Shown here piece by piece: positions 10,689 to 20,900 of a stretch of DNA of 64,000 bases. The position numbers were made by a program, and so were the translations under genes. Where the stretch lies: positions 5,836 through 69,835 of the forward strand of contig CAYNGY010000003.1 in assembly GCA_964397195.1 (NCBI GenBank), given 5' to 3'. This stretch comes from an uncultured Gammaproteobacteria bacterium. Lineage in GTDB: Bacteria > Patescibacteriota > Patescibacteriia > SBBC01 > CAIJZX01. Position 1 is the stretch's first letter. Each line of letters begins with the position of its first letter. The notes beneath the pieces were generated by a model. That model was not told the DNA's origin and did not search any database. It saw only the letters and a program-made list of their open reading frames with translations.

Positions 10689-10766
10689 CTTGATTCCCGG
10701 CGCGGTTCATGATACGGTAATGCGGCTTTACGGTCGGATGGGCGTTCGAGCCCCGTCTGAATCAAG
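10689..10766 (+). ncRNA. Candidate tRNA-like RNA or decayed tRNA
   Basis: 8-bp closing stem CTTGATTC/GAATCAAG, GTAA/TTAC stem with a 7-nt loop, a GGTC variable-like segment, and a stem capped by a GTTCGA loop. Confidence 0.4.
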
Positions 10767-10787
10767 TAGAATTCGCCCTCACTTGGG

Positions 10788-10863
10788 CGGGGTGTGGCGC
10801 AGTTGGTAGCGCGCATCGTTCGGGACGATGAGGCCGCAGGTTCGAGTCCTGTCACCCCGACCA
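10788..10863 (+). tRNA. tRNA-Pro(CGG)
   Basis: Acceptor CGGGGTG/CACCCCG, anticodon arm CATCG-TTCGGGA-CGATG, GGTTCGAGTCC T arm, encoded CCA. Confidence 0.97.
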
Positions 10864-11002
10864 AGTGAGGATGATTCTGTTTGGCACCGTTGGGTTGAGC
10901 CCACAAGAAACACCACTGGCGTGGTCATGGCTGTTTTGGGCCGTTCTTGATTTTTATCGCCCAATATGGCAGTATTATCCCTAGCGCGGCCACCGCGTTT
11001 TT

Positions 11003-11695
11003 ATGACCAAGAATCACGGCGTTCGACACCTCGGGATTATTATGGACGGTAACCGTCGCTGGGCGAAGCGACGTGGCTTGCCGCCGTTTGAGGGTCATCG
11101 CCATGGCCACACCATGTTCAAAAAAGTCGGGGATTGGTGTCTTGATCGTGGAATCGAGATCATGACGGTCTATGCGTTTTCCTCCGAAAACTGGAACCGA
11201 TCGAAACGCGAGGTCGGTTTTTTGATGAACCTCCTGACGTACGCGCTGACCCATGACCTTGATGAGTTGCATCGCAAAAATATTCGCCTGCGCGTGATCG
11301 GACGAATTCATGAACTGCCAAAGAAGATTCAGGGTCATATTCGGGTGGCGATGGAGAAGACGAAGAACAACACCCGCGGGACCTTACAGATTGCAGTTAA
11401 TTACGGTGGACGGGCGGAAATTGTCGATGCGATGAAAACAATTTATCGAACGGCGAAATCAGCTTCGGCGATTACGGAAAAAACCGTGAACGATGCTCTG
11501 TATACCGCCGGACAGCCCGATCCCGATATCATCCTCCGTACCTCGGGCGAGCAACGATTGTCCGGTTTCTTGCCGTGGCAGAGCGTTTACAGCGAACTGA
11601 TTTTCGTCAAAAAGAACTGGCCAGATTTCTCTGAGCCCGATCTTGATGCTGTGCTTGATGAATACGTCGCTCGACAGCGGCGGTTCGGGGCCTAA
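11003..11695 (+). CDS. uppS: Undecaprenyl (polyprenyl) diphosphate synthase
   Basis: HLGIIMDGNRRWA, YAFSSENW, NYGGRAEI, RTSGEQRLSGFL. Confidence 0.95.
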   Translation: MTKNHGVRHLGIIMDGNRRWAKRRGLPPFEGHRHGHTMFKKVGDWCLDRGIEIMTVYAFSSENWNRSKREVGFLMNLLTYALTHDLDELHRKNIRLRVIGRIHELPKKIQGHIRVAMEKTKNNTRGTLQIAVNYGGRAEIVDAMKTIYRTAKSASAITEKTVNDALYTAGQPDPDIILRTSGEQRLSGFLPWQSVYSELIFVKKNWPDFSEPDLDAVLDEYVARQRRFGA

Positions 11696-11700
11696 CGACC

Positions 11701-13011
11701 ATGGCCACCCGACGATCAGTCTCACCCGATCCGACGACGGATCTTTTTTCGCATAGCGCGGATGCTGATGAATCGTTAGCCGGACCGTTGGCGGACCGCT
11801 TACGTCCGTCGTCGCTCGAGGCGTTTGTCGGCCAGGAAACCGTCATTGGCCCAACATCCATTTTGCGCCAAGCGATTACGAATGACGAATTGTTTTCGAT
11901 GATTCTCTGGGGGCCGCCGGGTTCGGGAAAAACAACGCTCGCTCGGATCATCGCCGCACAGACCAAGGCGAGTTTTGTTGGCCTGTCCGGAGTATTCAGC
12001 GCGAAAGATGATTTGGTCCAGGCCGTGCAAGCGGCGCGTGACCGCCGGGCACTCCACCATCAACGAACAATTTTATTTGTCGATGAGATTCACCGCTGGA
12101 ATAAAGCGCAACAGGATGCCTTGTTGCCGTATGTTGAATCGGGGATTGTGACCTTGATCGGGGCGACGACCGAGAATCCGAGTTTCGAAGTGATAGCGCC
12201 GTTGCTGTCACGGTGTAAAGTTTTTGTCTTGGAACGACTCCGCGAGGAGCACCTGTCGTCCATTCTCGACCACGCCGTGACCGATGCGCGTGGCTATGCC
12301 AACTGGGGTGTCACCATCGATCCGAAAGCCCGCGAATTATTGACAGCGGCTTCAAATGGCGATGCGCGGACACTCTTGAATACCCTAGAACTGGCGGTGA
12401 AAGCGACGCCGGCGGAGAACAACGCGCGGCGCATCACCCTTGAGACCGTCGCGGCGGCGTTTCAGCGGCCGAACCTCATGTACGATAAGAAGGGGGACGA
12501 GCATTACAATATTATCTCGGCGTTTATCAAGTCGATGCGCGGCTCGCAACCCGACGCCGCGTTGTATTGGTTGGCGCGAATGCTCGAGGCGGGGGAGGAT
12601 CCGCTCTTTATTGCTCGGCGGATGGTCATTTTTGCCTCGGAAGATGTGTCGTTGGCCGACGATCGGGCCTTGCCGCTGGCTGTCGCCGCTATGCAGGCTT
12701 GTGATATGATTGGGATGCCGGAATGTAGTATCACCTTGTCGCATGTGGTTACCTATCTGGCGACCTGTCCGAAGTCGAATGCTACCTATGTGGCCTACGG
12801 GAAAGCGGTCGCGGACGTCCAAGCAACGTTGAATGAGCCAGTGCCACTCAATCTGCGAAATGCGCCGACCAAGTTGATGAAGGAGCTCGGGTACCATCGT
12901 GACTATAAATATTCGCATAATTACGAAGGTGTCGAAGCCGATCAGCAGTATCGACCGAAGAAAGTCGATGGGAATCAGTATTATGTACCAAAGAAAAGCG
13001 GAACCGCATGA
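11701..13011 (+). CDS. rarA: Replication-associated recombination protein A
   Basis: PLADRLRP, GPPGSGKTT, DEIHRWNKAQQD, GATTENPSF, ISAFIKSMRGS. Confidence 0.95.
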   Translation: MATRRSVSPDPTTDLFSHSADADESLAGPLADRLRPSSLEAFVGQETVIGPTSILRQAITNDELFSMILWGPPGSGKTTLARIIAAQTKASFVGLSGVFSAKDDLVQAVQAARDRRALHHQRTILFVDEIHRWNKAQQDALLPYVESGIVTLIGATTENPSFEVIAPLLSRCKVFVLERLREEHLSSILDHAVTDARGYANWGVTIDPKARELLTAASNGDARTLLNTLELAVKATPAENNARRITLETVAAAFQRPNLMYDKKGDEHYNIISAFIKSMRGSQPDAALYWLARMLEAGEDPLFIARRMVIFASEDVSLADDRALPLAVAAMQACDMIGMPECSITLSHVVTYLATCPKSNATYVAYGKAVADVQATLNEPVPLNLRNAPTKLMKELGYHRDYKYSHNYEGVEADQQYRPKKVDGNQYYVPKKSGTA

Positions 13012-13047
13012 CCATCATGTCGGCAAATAATTCCTCACGCTAACGGG

Positions 13048-13797
13048 ATGATCCACTTCAAACCATTTAAATTCGGCCGCGCGGAGATGGCAATTTTAGG
13101 CCTCTTCGTCTTGATGCTGTTGATCAGTATTGGTATCTCAACCGTACCGTACATTGCCTCCCTCCATGCGCGTTTAACAGAGACGTGGACCCATGCGGCC
13201 TCGCAGTATGGATATGCCGGGGCGTTTGGAGCGGCGTTAATCGGGAGTACGAGTGCGACGGTTTTTTTCCCGTACACCATCATCGTTATTTTTTTGGCGA
13301 CGCAAGGACTGAGCCCATTTTGGCTCGGACTGTTGATGGGGCTGGGAGCCGGGATTGGCCAGATGTTCGGATATATCGTTGGACGGTGGGGGTCGGGATG
13401 GTTCCATCGCCGTAAACCGGAAACGTACGATGCGATGGAGCGCATTCTTCGGGAACGACCCGGGCTCATTTTTCTCTTTATCATTATCTTCGGATCGACG
13501 CCACTACCAGACGACCTCATTCTCATTCCGCTCGGGATGTTACGGTATCCATGGTGGAAGGCGTGGTTACCGTCAACCATAGGTAAGTGTGTGGCCGGAT
13601 GGATTGTGACCTACTCGAGTCGTTTCGTGTACCAGTCGCTAGAATCAAATGCCGCCGCGAGCGCGACCGGCCTGCTGAGCCAGTTTGCAACTATCGCCAG
13701 CTTAGCCGTCGTGGCCTACATCATGCTCCGACTTGACTGGGTAAAAATCATGCATCGCTTACTTGATCGAACCGCGAATGGAGGGACAAGCGTATGA
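13048..13797 (+). CDS. VTT/DedA (YqaA-like) membrane protein
   Basis: Multi-TM protein with GAGIGQMFGYIVGRWG and TPLPDDLILIPLG motifs. Confidence 0.75.
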   Translation: MIHFKPFKFGRAEMAILGLFVLMLLISIGISTVPYIASLHARLTETWTHAASQYGYAGAFGAALIGSTSATVFFPYTIIVIFLATQGLSPFWLGLLMGLGAGIGQMFGYIVGRWGSGWFHRRKPETYDAMERILRERPGLIFLFIIIFGSTPLPDDLILIPLGMLRYPWWKAWLPSTIGKCVAGWIVTYSSRFVYQSLESNAAASATGLLSQFATIASLAVVAYIMLRLDWVKIMHRLLDRTANGGTSV

Positions 13798-14111
13798 CAA
13801 AAGACCGTTGGCTTGATGTCAAAGCATCAATCGTGGAAAAATTTGAAGTGACACGAAATGAGCGGGAGGCGCTCATCGATCGTCCGGGCACCGCTGATAT
13901 TCTAGAATTTACGACACCGGCGGGAAAATTCCGTTTAGAATTTGTCGAGGCCGCCCGGGCGACCGGGATTGCGACGAGTGGTGGGAAGCGAGTTGGTACG
14001 GCTGGTCACGTAACGCATACGTATAGCCATGACGAGCAGATTACCCGGCTCGATGCGTATCGTTGGGATGGAACAACCTGGCAAGCGATGGACGCGGAGG
14101 CGTTCCTGTAA
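13794..14111 (+). CDS. Hypothetical protein
   Basis: Translationally coupled on both sides (ATGA and TAATG overlaps). Confidence 0.7.
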   Translation: MTKDRWLDVKASIVEKFEVTRNEREALIDRPGTADILEFTTPAGKFRLEFVEAARATGIATSGGKRVGTAGHVTHTYSHDEQITRLDAYRWDGTTWQAMDAEAFL

Positions 14112-14977
14112 TGCCGGAATTGCCGGAAGTCGAGACCATCGTCCGCGAACTGCGCCCGGTCATGGTCGATCGGATCGTGCGGGAGGTTGAAATTCGGCTA
14201 CCGAAAATGGTAAACGTCTCAGCCCGGGTGTTTCGCCGCGCGGTTGTTGGCGCGCGAATAACGGCGGTCCAGCGGCGGGCCAAGCTGGCGATGATCTCCC
14301 TTAGTAGCGGTCAGACGATTATCATCCATCTGAAGATGTCGGGTCAATTGATCTGGCAACCGATGCATGGGCGGATGCGAGTTGGTGGTCATCCGATACC
14401 GGGCGGAACGATCGATCTGCCAAACCGCTATAGCCATGTGATTTTTCGCTGTGTCGGCGGGTCGCTCTACTTTAACGATCAACGACAATTTGGGTATTTG
14501 AAACTCGTACCGACCGACCAGCTCGAGCGGTGGCTTGAAGAGCAGGGGTATGGCCCCGAACCATTAGAATCGGCTTTCACCGTTGAGGTCTTTTCCGGCA
14601 TTCTCCAGCGTCATGCAAAAAAGCGAATCAAGCCGACGTTGATGGATCAGACGGTGATTGCCGGCGTCGGAAATATCTACGCGGATGAAGCGTGTTACAT
14701 TTCTCGGGTTCATCCGTCCCGACGGATTTCCTCCCTAAACGTAACGGAGGTGAGGGCGCTCTGGCGCGGCGTACGCGGGGTGATGGAGTTGTCTTTGCGG
14801 AAGCGAGGGACTACGGCGGATAATTACCGCACGGCGAATGGCGATAAAGGCGGGATGATGCCGTTCTTGAAAGTCTATGGACGAGATGGGATGCCCTGTC
14901 GACGATGTGGTACCACGATTAAAAAGATCGTACTCGCGGGGCGAGGGACGCATTTCTGTCCGACGTGTCAGCGTTAG
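14111..14977 (+). CDS. mutM: Formamidopyrimidine-DNA glycosylase
   Basis: MPELPEVET start at 14111, HLKMSG, DQRQFG, GVGNIYADE, C-terminal zinc finger. Confidence 0.96.
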   Translation: MPELPEVETIVRELRPVMVDRIVREVEIRLPKMVNVSARVFRRAVVGARITAVQRRAKLAMISLSSGQTIIIHLKMSGQLIWQPMHGRMRVGGHPIPGGTIDLPNRYSHVIFRCVGGSLYFNDQRQFGYLKLVPTDQLERWLEEQGYGPEPLESAFTVEVFSGILQRHAKKRIKPTLMDQTVIAGVGNIYADEACYISRVHPSRRISSLNVTEVRALWRGVRGVMELSLRKRGTTADNYRTANGDKGGMMPFLKVYGRDGMPCRRCGTTIKKIVLAGRGTHFCPTCQR

Positions 14978-15417
14978 AACCCGACGAACAGCCCAAACAG
15001 TCCGAAGGCGATAATGATGCCGATGGTCCCGCCAACGAGGGCTTGGAGGGGTGTATGCCCAAGACGTTCGGCTAGGGCGTGCGGGTATTTTGCTTCGATA
15101 TCGTCCGGGAGGTCTTTGATCAGCATATTCAGGACGCGGCCGTGTTGGCTTAAGAACTGACGGAGACCGATAGCGTCGCGCACGATTAACACCCCGAAAA
15201 CCATCGAGACCGCAAAAGCGGCGGAACTGACGCCTTCGGACAGGCCGACCACCGTGGTCACCGAAACGACGAAGGCGGTGTGGGCCGACGGCATGCCACC
15301 GTAGGCGAGGAGATTTTTAAGGTCAAATTCCCCTCGGAGCGCGGCTATGATAAACTTGATGAACTGCGTGACCGCGACCGCAATGAGCGGTATGATGACT
15401 AAATACGGGTAAGACAT
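14974..15417 (-). CDS. Divergent PAP2 family protein (DUF212)
   Basis: GGMPSAHTA, DAIGLR, ERLGHTP motifs. Confidence 0.9.
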   Translation of the reverse strand: MSYPYLVIIPLIAVAVTQFIKFIIAALRGEFDLKNLLAYGGMPSAHTAFVVSVTTVVGLSEGVSSAAFAVSMVFGVLIVRDAIGLRQFLSQHGRVLNMLIKDLPDDIEAKYPHALAERLGHTPLQALVGGTIGIIIAFGLFGLFVGF

Positions 15418-15419
15418 CT

Positions 15420-16247
15420 ATGGTTTTCTCCAATCATATTATCGAAGCTGGATTTTTCGGAGCCGTTCAAGGGCTGACCGAGTTTTTACCGATTTCCAGC
15501 TCGGGCCATTTATTCTTGCTCCATTCTATCATTAATATTCATACCGTCAACGAACAGACCTTTGACGTTGCCTTACATGTTGGGACATTTATCGCGCTCC
15601 TCTGGTATTTCTGGGGTGATGTTTGGCTCTATATTCGAGCGGTGATGGCCTGGGTGCGGACGCGACCGGCGGTGGCGACTGTTGACCAGCGGATGGCCGC
15701 ATATCTCGTTATCTCGGCAGTGCCGGGAGCGATCCTCGGGGCGTTGTTTGAGTCGTGGTTTGAGACGGCGGTCAGGTCACCGCTGGTGGTTGCAGCGACA
15801 CTGATGAGCGCTGGGGTGGCGCTGTGGGCGGCTGATCGTTGGGTGGGCCAGCGGCGCAGTATGGCCGACTTATCATTCTGGCAGGCGGTGGTAATTGGTC
15901 TCGGGCAGGCCCTGGCGCTGATCCCCGGCGTCTCCCGATCCGGGGCGACAATTACCGTCGGTCGTCTCCTTGGCTTAACGCGTGAAGCGGCGGCCCGATT
16001 CTCTTTCCTGATGGCCATTCCAATTGTCGCCGGAGCGGCGCTGAAGAAGAGCGGGGAGCTGGTAAGCGCGCAGATGACGACCGCGCAGACCGTGGATATG
16101 GTTGTTGGTGTCGTGGTGGCAGCCGGAGTTGGGTATTTGGCGATCCGCGGGCTCTTACGATTCGTTTCCCGCCAATCGTATGCTATTTTTGCCATCTACC
16201 GCTTGGCGCTCGGCCTTGTTATTCTGTTGACCGTTTGGCTAAAATAG
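15420..16247 (+). CDS. uppP: Undecaprenyl-diphosphate phosphatase (BacA)
   Basis: VQGLTEFLPISSSGHL, ALIPGVSRSGATI, AARFSFL. Confidence 0.95.
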   Translation: MVFSNHIIEAGFFGAVQGLTEFLPISSSGHLFLLHSIINIHTVNEQTFDVALHVGTFIALLWYFWGDVWLYIRAVMAWVRTRPAVATVDQRMAAYLVISAVPGAILGALFESWFETAVRSPLVVAATLMSAGVALWAADRWVGQRRSMADLSFWQAVVIGLGQALALIPGVSRSGATITVGRLLGLTREAAARFSFLMAIPIVAGAALKKSGELVSAQMTTAQTVDMVVGVVVAAGVGYLAIRGLLRFVSRQSYAIFAIYRLALGLVILLTVWLK

Positions 16248-16249
16248 CA

Positions 16250-16273
16250 ACGCCCCACCGTGGGGCGGGGCGT
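16250..16273. terminator. GC-rich hairpin between convergent genes
   Basis: CGCCCCAC/TGGGGCG inverted repeat just after the uppP stop codon. Confidence 0.5.
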
Positions 16274-16292
16274 GCGTGTGCTGGAGCCGATC

Positions 16293-17297
16293 TTATGATT
16301 GGCTCTTTGGCGCTTGTTGGAAGGCGAAGACGGTGAGTCCGCCGGTGCCAAGAATGGCGATCCATGGCCACCAGACATTCTCTGCACAACCGTAATTGCG
16401 TTCGATGACCGAGAGTACAACGGCGAGACCGATTGCAGTAATAGCCGGCCAGCCTTTGGAAATCGGAACGAAGGCAAAGAGAATGGCGATACCGCCGAGG
16501 AGAGCGAGGAGAATAATGCCCCAGACCCAGTTTTGGCGATTCGTACAGATTTCTTTGGCCTCGTCATCGGTCGTCGTATTCGGTTGAGCGGTGTTGAGAT
16601 TGACCGTTGCGGGTGCGTTCGTGTTTTCGTTGACGGCGGTGTTGGTGTTCGAGGTTGTGTTGGTATTCGCGGTGGTTGTGACGCGAGCCGCGACAACTTT
16701 TAGTTGGGCCGTGGTACTGATATTACCGACGGTGGCGACAACACTTCCCGTGCCGATGGCTGACGGCGTGAAGACGCCTTTGGTGGACATGCTGCCAATG
16801 TCTCCGATCAGCGTCCAGGCGACCTCGAACTTTGAAAGTCGATTGTTATCGGCATCAAACCCCTCGGTCGTGAAAGTTTGGGTTTTATTGAGCGCTACAA
16901 CTTCCGGCGCGCTATCCGGGATGATGGAGAGCTCGGCGAGCGCTCCGGCGGTGATGGTAACCGGGACGGTCACTGTCCCGCCTTGGTAGGCGACCGTGAT
17001 CATCCACGATCCGGCTTTCCCGGGCAGATAGGTGTTGCCAGTAAAGGCCCCACGTGGATCGGTCGTGGTAAACGTGACATTTCCAGTCACATCTTGCGAC
17101 TCGCCGGCTGCGTCGGATGCGACGGCATTCAGCGCTACGGTTTGGTCGGCGGTTAATTGTAGCGTTGACGGGGTGACCGTAAGTTTAGTCACTGGCCCAA
17201 GTGCGTGCGCGGCTTGCCACGGAAGAAATAGTGCGGCAACCGTCAGGACGATAGTACGGAATGACATGCGAAGAAGTTTAAGGGATAAGTTGTCCAT
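16293..17297 (-). CDS. Secreted/membrane protein with Ig-like (Big_2-type) domains, Asn/Thr linker and C-terminal TM helices
   Basis: Signal peptide (AAHA), LTVTPSTLQL and GVFTP..IGTGSV beta-rich domains, NTNTTSNTN linker, three hydrophobic C-terminal segments. Confidence 0.7.
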   Translation of the reverse strand: MDNLSLKLLRMSFRTIVLTVAALFLPWQAAHALGPVTKLTVTPSTLQLTADQTVALNAVASDAAGESQDVTGNVTFTTTDPRGAFTGNTYLPGKAGSWMITVAYQGGTVTVPVTITAGALAELSIIPDSAPEVVALNKTQTFTTEGFDADNNRLSKFEVAWTLIGDIGSMSTKGVFTPSAIGTGSVVATVGNISTTAQLKVVAARVTTTANTNTTSNTNTAVNENTNAPATVNLNTAQPNTTTDDEAKEICTNRQNWVWGIILLALLGGIAILFAFVPISKGWPAITAIGLAVVLSVIERNYGCAENVWWPWIAILGTGGLTVFAFQQAPKSQS

Positions 17298-17919
17298 AGA
17301 GGACGAGTCGATACTTTGTAGAAAAAAGTGGTGTACAGGTGAAGATGGTTAAGCGTGGTCCATCGGTTGGAGCGAGAATCTCGGTCTGATCCGGGCGGAC
17401 CGTCTCACGGCCGGAGATTCGATAATCATATTCTACACCATCCCAATAGAGAATAACCGGGTCACCATCTTGCACCTTATCAAGGAGGTACAGCGTGGTA
17501 CTACTGGGTGGGAGATATTGCCAACGATGCCCAGAGAGAACGACGTTACTTCGTTCGATTGGGGTCGAGGTGTTTGGAATGTGCCAAATACCGCCGCGGT
17601 CGAGGACGCGTTCGTCAGGGCCTTCAAGGATCGGCATATTAACGCCGATTCGAGGGATGATGAGTCGATTCTCTTTTGGAACCGGACGATCCGCAATATC
17701 TGGGAGACTTGGGAGCGTTGCGAACGCGGCATCAGTGGCCGAAAGTCGTGTGGTGTAGGGGACGGTTGGGTGTGGTTTTTTGATGGCGTACAGGAGCCGA
17801 GGAAGAAACGGGTAGCCGATGATAGCGAGGCCGAGGATGACGGCGACACCGCCGATGATGCGGCGGATTCGGCGTGTTGCCGAACCCGCCGCCAGTGGTT
17901 TAGGCGAGGACGCGTCCAT
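17278..17919 (-). CDS. Sortase
   Basis: N-terminal TM, RLIIPRIGV, catalytic His (LSGHR), Cys (LTIFTCTP) and Arg (KYRLV). Confidence 0.92.
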   Translation of the reverse strand: MDASSPKPLAAGSATRRIRRIIGGVAVILGLAIIGYPFLPRLLYAIKKPHPTVPYTTRLSATDAAFATLPSLPDIADRPVPKENRLIIPRIGVNMPILEGPDERVLDRGGIWHIPNTSTPIERSNVVLSGHRWQYLPPSSTTLYLLDKVQDGDPVILYWDGVEYDYRISGRETVRPDQTEILAPTDGPRLTIFTCTPLFSTKYRLVLYGQLIP

Positions 17920-20900
17920 GCCGGGCAGTTCGGGTCAGGGTCAGCCCAGCAGCACAGAGCACCATGCCCGCAAGGAAGATGAGGTAGTCGCGGACGCTTG
18001 GACCGGTGGTCGCGAGACCAAGTACGGCCGGCGCTTTGATGGTGACCGCTGCTTTCACGATTTGCTGTTCGAGATCGTCGGCGGTTAAGACAGCAACGTT
18101 CTTGTACACGCCAGCTTTGACCGAGCTCCCAACCTTCACATCGTAGTGGATGACACGAGTGTGACTCGGTTCAATGGTGCCGAGGTTGAAGGTGTGCGTC
18201 CGAGTGCCGGTGTCGACGAAGGTGAATCCGCCCGGTAACGAGTCAGCAATACTCACGTTGGTGGCATCAGCATCGCCGATATTCTTGATCGTGATGGTGT
18301 AGGTGATGATACCGCCTGGTGTGGTTGTGGTTGGTGAGACGGTCTTGATGATGGTCAGGGTTGGCTCACTGGTTGCGCCGAGAACTTGTGGCACCCGGAC
18401 TTCAACGGTGGATGTCGCGATGACGGTAGTGGTGTTGTCACCCTTGGCGCTGGCCGTGTTGATGTAGGTTCCAGCCGGTTGGAACCCGTTGATCTGAACC
18501 ACGTAGGTCAGCGTCTTGGATTGGCCAATTGCGAGGTCGCCAAGACTCGTGGTTTTTGTCGCCAACCCTGTATCGACAAAGGTGAAGCCGTTTGGCAAGG
18601 TGTCGGTCAGAATAACATTCTTGGCGATGTCGGTGGCTGCAGCGGCATTGGTGACGACGACCGTGTAGGTGACGGTCTTCCCCGGGTTGGTGAACCCAAC
18701 GATAGTGTTGGACTTGGTAATCGACAAGCTCGGAGATTTGACGATCGTTGGCGGGTCTTGGTGGTTGCCGAATTGCACAGCGACCGGTGTGCCCGAGACG
18801 AGGCTGACATCAGCCGGGTTGGTTGACGTTTGGGTCCAGCCCGCTTGGTTGATTTCACGGATACGGTACGTACCTGGCCCGAGATCGCTGAAGGTGAAGT
18901 TTCCGCTTACGTCGGTCGTGGTGGTCACTGTGGCGATAAATCCGTCGTTGAGCCCGTAGATTTCTGGATGTGCGAAGCGGAAGGCATCAAACGTATAGAG
19001 CTGGATAGTCCAATTCGCCAGACCTGGCTCACCAGCGGTTTTGAGGCCGTCATTGTTTAGGTCGTTGAATTTTTGGCCGCCAATGCTCGTGCGCTGGAAG
19101 TTTCCGAAATCAACGCGGGCAACGCCGTTGAAGGTGATCGAGATGCCGGTTACAGTCAGAGTATGGTTGGTGTTGATCCAGCCGACTGGCAAGACTTCGG
19201 TGATGCTTTCGGTACCGGTCGGAATATTGTCGATCCGATAGTACCCAAGGGTGTTCGTGATTGCTGACTGACCATGGCTAGTCTGCATGGTAATGCCGGA
19301 GATGACCGGTTCATTCGCGTCCCAGACGCCGTTTCCGTTCAGGTCATTCCATTTGTATCCTTCGATCGCACCGGTGTCGCGCTGATTACAGAGGGTAATT
19401 TCCGTTTCCGCATTGACGTTGACCCAAGCCGAAATACCAGAGATGCCGGTCGTCGAGAATGTTTTTGATTCATCGCGGTTCGAGCATGAGCCATCAGTGC
19501 CGTAGAACCATCCGGTCATGTGGTATCCGGTCACATCGGATTCAGTGATGTTGGTCCAGCCGGTTGGGACGCTGACGCTAGCACCCATCAGGGTGTCCGC
19601 CCCACCGTTCGCCTGCCAGCGGAATCCGAGCGTGTTTGCCAGCCCGTTGTCGGCAATGTACTGACCGGTGCCGGTCGTGTCGACCATCTTATTCACCTTG
19701 ATGGTTCCGGTTTCACGGGCGTTGACGAACGTACAGGTACCGCCTTGGGCTGTGACGCTCAGAGAGGCGCTCGTGCCCTTGAGATCGCTACAGACGCCGC
19801 TGACTGAGTCAGAGGCATATCCGCTTGGACCGCTTTCGGTCACGGTGTAATTGCCAAGCGGCAAAGTGACAGAATCGCCGTGGTGATATGTCCCTTGAAC
19901 GCCATCAATTGTAAACGTCCAGGCGCTTGGGGATTCGTTACCGCCCAGTACTTTTTTCTCGAAGGTGATGGTGCCGGTGCGACGTTGGTTACAGAGGGTA
20001 ATTTCGGTGGTGGCATCGGCCGTGACGTGCGCGATGATCGGTTGCGTCGTAAACTGCGGGTTGGTACAGGTATACCGAACATTGTTCGTGGGGGAGGCAT
20101 TGTAGAACCAACCGACGAAATCGTAGTCGGCCACTGGTTTTTCCGTAACGGTGTAGTCGTCTGGTAGGAGGTTCCCTTCGGAACTGCCCATGTAACGGTC
20201 ATTGGCAATCGCATCGCCAGCGAGCCCCCAGCGGAATGGGGTCGCGGTTCCGGTGACGCCGATGTACTGACCGGTGCCGTTTTCATCAACCATTTTGTTG
20301 ACGGTCAAAGCGCCCGTCATTTGGCGATTGACGAAATCTTTAACGACCGTATTTGGTGATTGCACGGCGACATGGGTGTAGGAACCATTGGCCGGGGTGA
20401 CGTATTCCCATCCGGCTTGCAATGTTTCCCAAACGTCGTAGTCGCCGCTGGTTAATCCGGTAAATTCATAATACCCAGACTGGTTGGTGAAGACACAGGT
20501 AGGTGTGGTGGTTTCAGCGGCGAGTGCGTCCGTATGTGCGCTCGGCTTGAGACATATTTTCCAGTTGGCGAGGCCGTCCTGGTTCGTATCGTACTTGTGA
20601 CCGCTGATTTTTCCGTTCGGGCAATAGGCGCTGTTTTGCACCGTAACGTTGGATGATTGGAACTGTCGATCACTCGCGGCTTGATCGCCGTCGGTCCAGC
20701 CGGTGTTCTTGACGGTCCATGAGCAGATGGTCTTTGTCACCGGTTTGGCTTGCAGGGTCAGGATGCCGTGCTCGTTTGGCCCGATCTCGTGAAGATTGGC
20801 CAGTTGTTTGTGTGATCCGGCGCCGGTAAAACCACTGATCAGCTCGGGGGCCGGGTCGTTATTCTGCAGATCCTGATCATTTTCGATCAGGGTGATGGCC

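Noticed and set aside
10788-11002. Element integrated at tRNA-Pro
   Set aside because: No duplicate of the tRNA 3' end and no integrase; the flanking genes are housekeeping.
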